64,000 nt of DNA from a virus, in IMG/VR virus record IMGVR_UViG_3300037087_000046, positions 18,835 through 82,834 of that record. One strand, written 5' to 3'. Shown in pieces: positions 58,190-64,000 of this stretch. The notes beneath the pieces are model-generated. The model made no database searches. It saw only the letters and a program-made list of their open reading frames with translations, and had not been told where the DNA came from. The position numbers were made by a program, and so were the translations under genes. The stretch's first letter is position 1; every line of letters starts with the position of its first letter.

Positions 58190-61100
58190 TGGCTGATGGT
58201 ATTGGAACAAGTATTGATGTAAAATTAGATGCCACTGGCATTATTACGGGTATTAAGGATGCAGAAAAATACCTAAAAATGTTCCCCGGTATGGTGGAAG
58301 CATCTATATCAGGTGTAGCAAGAAACTGGGATAAATCTGGCAAAGAAATACTTACAATTCAGAGCAAGAATGCTGCTGAAGGTCTTAAAATTACAGAGAA
58401 GTATGTTAGGGATGTAAATGGCGCATATCAAAACATTGGTAAAAATGTCAAGTTAGATACTGGGTTGCTTGACAAGGTAAATCAGCAAATTCGATTGGCT
58501 GAAGAGGCTACCAAGAAGGTAGGTGAAATAACCCAGTCTAAGCAATTCGGTGGTGGTGCTATTCCGAGTAATGCACAGCCGGGTCAAATTGCATCTTTTG
58601 AAAATGCTAAAAACACTCTTGCTAATTTTGCAAAGTCTTCCCAAGAGCATGGTGCAGCCCTTAATAAAGTATTTGCAGATATGGCAGCAGGTCAGCAGAA
58701 GGCTTATGGTGCAGGGACATTAGAGTCTCAGGCATCTGCAAAACTACAGAGTATGACTCGTGCCTACCAAGACATGGGTAAGGCTGCTTGGGGTGCATAC
58801 TCCCCGATTGAACTCATAAAGCACGTTATTATTTTCGGTTACGCCTATCAACTTTGGTACGGGTTTATTGCCAGTATCAAACAGGGTGCTACCGACGCAC
58901 AAGAACTTGCCCAGCGTATTGCAGAAATTCGTACCATTTCTCAGGGTTCCCAACTTACTCCGGGCGCATGGGGTGCTGGACTTACAAACATATCTAACCA
59001 ATTTGGTATGGATGTAATTGATGTTGCTAAGGCAGCATATGAAACTCTGTCTAACCAAGTAGCAAAGGGTGCTGAAGCATTTGATTTTGTAGGGAAGTCG
59101 GCACTATTTGCTAAGACTACTGTAGCAACTAACGCTGAGGCAGTTGACCTTCTTACGGGAGCAATCAATGCCTATGGAATGAAGTCGTCTGATACAACTA
59201 GAATCAGTGCAGAGTTATTCAAGACGATTGACTTGGGGCGTGTACGTGCCTCGGACATGGCAAATAGTTTTGGGCAAGTTGCTATTCAGGCGGAACAACT
59301 TGGTGTGTCTTTTGAGGACATGCTGGGTGTTATTTCGTCTGGTACCCGCAAGGGCATTAAGTATGACGAATTAGCCACACAGTTGCGTGGGGTTATGACA
59401 GCCCTTATCAAGCCCTCCGAAGCAATGAAAACTGCTTTGCGCGAGATGGGTGCGGATAGTGCTCAAGCGGCAGTGCAGATGTTTGGCTTACCCGGAGTGG
59501 TAGATCGTCTTGCTAAGTCTACGGGTGGTGCCTCTGAAGAGATGGCTCGTCTGTTTCCCAATGTTCGTGGACTCCGTTTGTTCATGGGTCTTGCTGGAGA
59601 TGGTGCAACACAACTTGCAGACGACATTAAGAAAATAAAGTATGACTCCTTAACCGAGTATGGTAAGGCTGCTACTGACATGATGGGCAGTCAAGCAGTT
59701 AAAGTAGCACAACTAAACACAGAGTTTAAGAACTACTTTATTGCAATGGGTGACACCCTTAATGCTGTTAAGGCCAGCACATTTGATGTTTTTGGTAATG
59801 GTACAAATGCAATTACTTCTATGGCGCACTCCGTCAGGGACTTAGTTATTGCTTATGGAACCATGAAAACCATAAGCTCCCTTGGGGGATTAAGTGGCAT
59901 TAAGACTTCTTTAGCAGCCCCCTTTATTGCTGAGCGTGAGGCTATAGCAGCCACTAATTTAGCCCTCAACAAATATGACTGGGAAATGGCTGGTGTATCA
60001 GTACAGACATCAACTCTTAGCAGAGCAGTAAAGACTTCTTCTGCTGGGTTTAATGCGCTTGCCACTTCAATAGGTAATACGCAGTTAGCAGCACAGGCAT
60101 TAAGTGCAATAAAAATGGCTGGGTGGATGATTGCCATAGAAGAAGGAATGCACTTAGTCAGTGAGGCAGTTAGAGAAACTACTGATGCTCAGGTTGCATT
60201 TTCTAACACAAAGGGATTTGATACAAGACTTCTTACTCAGAACATAGAGACACAGTATGGTAAGATAATTGATGGAATTGATAAAGAAAACCAGAAGGTA
60301 AATGCTAAATATGGGGAGATGAAGGGGGCTGGACAAAGGGGGCTTGAGGAGGCAGTAACTGAACTCACTAAAAAAGAAGATGTTATTAAACGTCTTACAG
60401 GTGGGGAATTAACTGGTGGTCTTTTACAGAAGACAGTTTCCCCCGCCGACTTTACAAAAATTACAAGCCTGTTTGAACACCTGAACACTGAGGCTGAAAA
60501 ATCAAAGGGGCACCTTGCCTCATTAAAGGAAACTCTGGCGGGTATATTTGAATCAGTTAATATCCCACAAGGAGTTCCATTACCCCTAAGCAACACCTAC
60601 AATATCAATCAGGCTAAGATAAAGGAAACCCAGAACCAGTTAAACGGGATGATGGGTAGGGGCTTAAACGAACCGAGCCAAGAAGTTGCTTCCAAACAGT
60701 TTGATATAACCAAGTCTAATTTTGATAAACTAATCAACCTGTACAAGACGGGGCTATCCAGTACAAGTGAAGTAATTGCAAATGCTGGTAAGGGGGGAGT
60801 AGACTCTGGACAATTTCAAGTAGCCATTGAGCAACAGAAGGCATATAAAGAGGGACTTAAAAATACTCTCCAAGCATTAAACGAATATAATGGGGCAGTG
60901 CAGAAACGGCAAAATTCCTACAAAGAGGAAATAGGTTTTACAGCAACTCAAGCAAAAAAGGTTAGACAATATGAAGATGAACGAAAATCAATAAATGAGA
61001 ATAGAGATGCTTATAAAAAAGCAGCCCAAGAGTATGAAGAGAATGAGAAGTTAAAGATAGAGGCAGCATCAAAGGCTATGCACGCTGCTAACTCTGCTGC

Positions 61101-62859
61101 GGAAGTTGCTAAGAGTAGTCAGTTTCAAATATTCCCAGACACAGTTGAAAAATTTTCTGGTACAAAAACCGCCACTGGTATTGCTTTATTTAATCCTGTT
61201 GTTGCAATGTTAAAGGCGGGTAAGGATGTTGAGGGGGAAATTAACAGGTTCAACTCAGGTGAACTATTCTCAAATAAAAATACCACCGCAGTAGAGGACT
61301 TTACAAATAAAGTACAGGGGCTTGGGAAATATATCGGGGCAATGCCGGAAAAACTACCACCTGACCTTATGAGTAAATTAGTCGGGTTGGCTCCCGCTGC
61401 TAAGGCAGTAGGAGATGCTTTTGATGGGACAGGCGATAAAGCCATTAAGTTTAATATGGCAGTAAGTTCAAGCCCAGATTCCCTAAATAAGTCCATAGCA
61501 TCATTGGTGGAGTTAAATAAGAAATCTCAAACTCTGGGGGTTACTTTAGCAGAAGCAAAGAAAAAGGTATCAGCAGATATTGTTGATGAGAAAATCAGAA
61601 ACATATTTGACCCGTGGAAGGGTATGGCTGAAGCCGCAGCCCCCAAAGTATTACTACCGTTTGCAGTTGAGGCGAAGAAGGCTTTCCAAGAAATACCTGC
61701 CCCAACTATTGACACAAAAACAACCAATCAGGATGCTTTAAAGGCTGCTACAGACGCTTACAGGGCCGAAGAAGAACGTAAACAAGCCTTTGCACGCCAG
61801 CAAGAACAATTGCAGTACAGAGACCAAGTACAAAGTATAAATGCTCGTGCTGCTGCATTACAAGAGACCATCAAGCATGAGAGCACCTTGCTTGGTATAA
61901 CAAAAGAACAAACTCGGTTGATGGAGACACAGAACAGGTTATCTAAGGAGCAGTCTGCAAATAGTGATAAGATTGCACTGCTTCAGTTACAGTCTAAATT
62001 GTATGGGACTGATAATACAAAGGAGATTGAGAATCTACAGTACAAATCTGATAAAGCACAAGAAGAAGCGTTAAAGAATAAAATTGACTCACAAGGTACA
62101 TCAGATGAATTAGCCCGTAAACAGGCGGCAGAGGAACTACGGGTATCCGAGGTGGCAAAACGCAATCAGGCTCGTCAGCAACAACAAGAAGCAGCCAATA
62201 TACAGAATGACAAAGTCCGTTTAAATGAGGAACAAAGAAACAAACAATCCCAATATGCAGGGCAAGCAGCAGCACAAAATATGCCACAGGATGAAACATT
62301 CAAAAACACAATAGCAAGTTTTGGTGTGTTGGACACTGCAATAATTACCACGGCAAACTACCTGAATCAGATGAGTGGTCAGCCTCAAGTACAACAGGCA
62401 CCGTTACAGCAGGCAGCACAACAGCAGCAACAGGCAGCACAAGCCCTTGGTGAAGCGGCACAACAGCAAGAACAGGCAGCAAACAGTTTCAATGCTTATC
62501 AGAAGGGGCAGGTATCTATCACTGGTGGGTATCAATACGGTGGGATGGTTAAATACTTTGCAAATGGTGGTCCATCTGGTACAGACACAATACCTGCTTA
62601 TCTGACCCCGGGTGAGTATGTAGTCAATGCACGAGCAGCGGCACAGAATCGGGCAATGCTTGACCACATTAACTTCGGGATACGCCCCATGACGAATAGT
62701 AGCAACTCCAGTAGCAAAACCCAGTATTTCAACACGGGTGGGGTGGCAGTAAACATTAGCAACAATGGCTCTAATGGGGTTTCCCGTTCTCAAGCCTTGA
62801 ATATAGGTAACACAATCGCCGGAGAACTTAAACGCGGCACACTAAAATTCGCGAGGTAA
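58189..62859 (+). CDS. Tape measure protein
   Basis: 1556 aa, Ala/Gln-rich; TP901-type core; C-terminal GTDTIPAYLTPGEYVVN. Confidence 0.92.
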   Translation: MADGIGTSIDVKLDATGIITGIKDAEKYLKMFPGMVEASISGVARNWDKSGKEILTIQSKNAAEGLKITEKYVRDVNGAYQNIGKNVKLDTGLLDKVNQQIRLAEEATKKVGEITQSKQFGGGAIPSNAQPGQIASFENAKNTLANFAKSSQEHGAALNKVFADMAAGQQKAYGAGTLESQASAKLQSMTRAYQDMGKAAWGAYSPIELIKHVIIFGYAYQLWYGFIASIKQGATDAQELAQRIAEIRTISQGSQLTPGAWGAGLTNISNQFGMDVIDVAKAAYETLSNQVAKGAEAFDFVGKSALFAKTTVATNAEAVDLLTGAINAYGMKSSDTTRISAELFKTIDLGRVRASDMANSFGQVAIQAEQLGVSFEDMLGVISSGTRKGIKYDELATQLRGVMTALIKPSEAMKTALREMGADSAQAAVQMFGLPGVVDRLAKSTGGASEEMARLFPNVRGLRLFMGLAGDGATQLADDIKKIKYDSLTEYGKAATDMMGSQAVKVAQLNTEFKNYFIAMGDTLNAVKASTFDVFGNGTNAITSMAHSVRDLVIAYGTMKTISSLGGLSGIKTSLAAPFIAEREAIAATNLALNKYDWEMAGVSVQTSTLSRAVKTSSAGFNALATSIGNTQLAAQALSAIKMAGWMIAIEEGMHLVSEAVRETTDAQVAFSNTKGFDTRLLTQNIETQYGKIIDGIDKENQKVNAKYGEMKGAGQRGLEEAVTELTKKEDVIKRLTGGELTGGLLQKTVSPADFTKITSLFEHLNTEAEKSKGHLASLKETLAGIFESVNIPQGVPLPLSNTYNINQAKIKETQNQLNGMMGRGLNEPSQEVASKQFDITKSNFDKLINLYKTGLSSTSEVIANAGKGGVDSGQFQVAIEQQKAYKEGLKNTLQALNEYNGAVQKRQNSYKEEIGFTATQAKKVRQYEDERKSINENRDAYKKAAQEYEENEKLKIEAASKAMHAANSAAEVAKSSQFQIFPDTVEKFSGTKTATGIALFNPVVAMLKAGKDVEGEINRFNSGELFSNKNTTAVEDFTNKVQGLGKYIGAMPEKLPPDLMSKLVGLAPAAKAVGDAFDGTGDKAIKFNMAVSSSPDSLNKSIASLVELNKKSQTLGVTLAEAKKKVSADIVDEKIRNIFDPWKGMAEAAAPKVLLPFAVEAKKAFQEIPAPTIDTKTTNQDALKAATDAYRAEEERKQAFARQQEQLQYRDQVQSINARAAALQETIKHESTLLGITKEQTRLMETQNRLSKEQSANSDKIALLQLQSKLYGTDNTKEIENLQYKSDKAQEEALKNKIDSQGTSDELARKQAAEELRVSEVAKRNQARQQQQEAANIQNDKVRLNEEQRNKQSQYAGQAAAQNMPQDETFKNTIASFGVLDTAIITTANYLNQMSGQPQVQQAPLQQAAQQQQQAAQALGEAAQQQEQAANSFNAYQKGQVSITGGYQYGGMVKYFANGGPSGTDTIPAYLTPGEYVVNARAAAQNRAMLDHINFGIRPMTNSSNSSSKTQYFNTGGVAVNISNNGSNGVSRSQALNIGNTIAGELKRGTLKFAR

Positions 62860-62860
62860 A

Positions 62861-63487
62861 ATGATGGAAATTAGAGACAAGGATGGGAATCTTATTAGTG
62901 GGAATACCAAGAGTCTCTTACAGAGACTCTTGGGAATTGACGTAAAGGGCTACTCTGATAACTCATTGGCTGGTAGATTCATTGTTGAGCATAGGGACAA
63001 GAGTGGAACACTCTTGTCAACTATTTCCAACCACAATGACATCACCAATGAAGGGCTTGAGTATCTGTTGAATCTGATGTTTTTTGATGATTCAGCATTC
63101 CGCCAGATTACAAACTGGTACATAGGTTTGATTAACAACTCTGGTTATACTGGTGTGGCTAATACAGACACCTTGGCAAGCCATACTGGTTGGACTGCAT
63201 TTAGCACATGGGATGAATCTGCTAAGCCTGAATGGGCACCTGAAGCGTCCTATCAGATTACTGAGGGTGGCTTGGTTAAGTACAACATCACCAACTTGAC
63301 TGCTAAGACCTTCACAATGGGCGGTGCAGCCGTTCTGAAGGGTATTTACATCAGCAGCAATTCAGCCAAGACAAGTGATACAACCGGGGTGCTTTGGTCT
63401 ACGGGTCTTTTTGATTCAACCATTGCATTGAATGAGAATGACACACTTTCCATCTACTACGCAGTAGTGGCAGGACGCGATGCCTAA
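62861..63487 (+). CDS. Tail/baseplate protein
   Basis: N.ITNEG...WYIGL...DTLASH.GW. Confidence 0.6.
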   Translation: MMEIRDKDGNLISGNTKSLLQRLLGIDVKGYSDNSLAGRFIVEHRDKSGTLLSTISNHNDITNEGLEYLLNLMFFDDSAFRQITNWYIGLINNSGYTGVANTDTLASHTGWTAFSTWDESAKPEWAPEASYQITEGGLVKYNITNLTAKTFTMGGAAVLKGIYISSNSAKTSDTTGVLWSTGLFDSTIALNENDTLSIYYAVVAGRDA

Positions 63488-64000
63488 TTATGATGCCAAC
63501 GTTCGTACGAACGTTGGAATTAAAACTACCCATAACACCACTAAATGGTGTACCCATACTAACGTTAGGAATAACGTTAGTATGGGTGATGGTGTTAATA
63601 CCCTTCTGTGGTGCAACAGAACCACTGTAAAGAACCATTTCTCACTCCTATCCAGTTTTACCCATAGACGACCTCAGAAGGGTGGAACCGGATTAGGGCA
63701 AAGAATTTCCTATAAGATAGCGGGTAATAGCATACTAAATTCCCAAAGCCCTTTGGGACATAGAGGAATGGCTATCACACGTTATTCCCCTACGCATCAT
63801 ACCCGACAAGAGTTAGGAAGATTTGACACAATTACGCAGTCTTATGTACCACGAGGTGGGGACACTTATTATATTGAGTCAGAATCTTCCTCAACTGTAC
63901 CAGATACCTGTTCTCCCGTACTGAATGGTATGTATTTGATTGTGTCCTTGTTGCCAGATGATTTACCTGCTGGACTAACGTGGGATAGACCCACAGTATT
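63480..64000 (+). CDS. Tail-associated protein (runs off window end)
   Basis: MPNYDANVRTNVG... open to the end; overlaps the previous stop. Confidence 0.5.
   Translation, partial: MPNYDANVRTNVGIKTTHNTTKWCTHTNVRNNVSMGDGVNTLLWCNRTTVKNHFSLLSSFTHRRPQKGGTGLGQRISYKIAGNSILNSQSPLGHRGMAITRYSPTHHTRQELGRFDTITQSYVPRGGDTYYIESESSSTVPDTCSPVLNGMYLIVSLLPDDLPAGLTWDRPTV

Overview
Most of a lytic-looking tailed dsDNA phage genome (siphovirus-like; long tape measure, lambda gpA-type terminase, no integrase seen). Layout: 1-4990 minus-strand operon (nicotinamidase, primase-helicase); 5000-35340 plus-strand replication and nucleotide-metabolism arm (two ParB-like proteins, SSB, SNF2 helicase, PolA, sigma factor, exonuclease, lysozyme, ThyX, RNA ligase, intein-containing NrdD and NrdG, RlmN-like radical SAM); 36040-43310 minus-strand small early genes; 43970-64000 packaging, head and tail genes. 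Class III RNR as the only RNR seen suggests an anaerobic host (inference). The most unusual content is non-coding: (1) a sigma54 promoter / IHF / palindromic enhancer-like layout with a 10-copy array of the sigma54 -24 box; (2) a ~257-bp, ~95% identical, iteron-rich inverted repeat 38 kb apart; (3) a family of sigma70 promoters whose -10 box lies in a co-varying hairpin; (4) several structured RNA candidates, one carrying a tRNA-Tyr anticodon arm. Also notable are a Pro1 class-3-like intein and several truncated host-protein fragments that could act as decoys. All calls are from motif recognition by eye; no database searches or folding programs were run.
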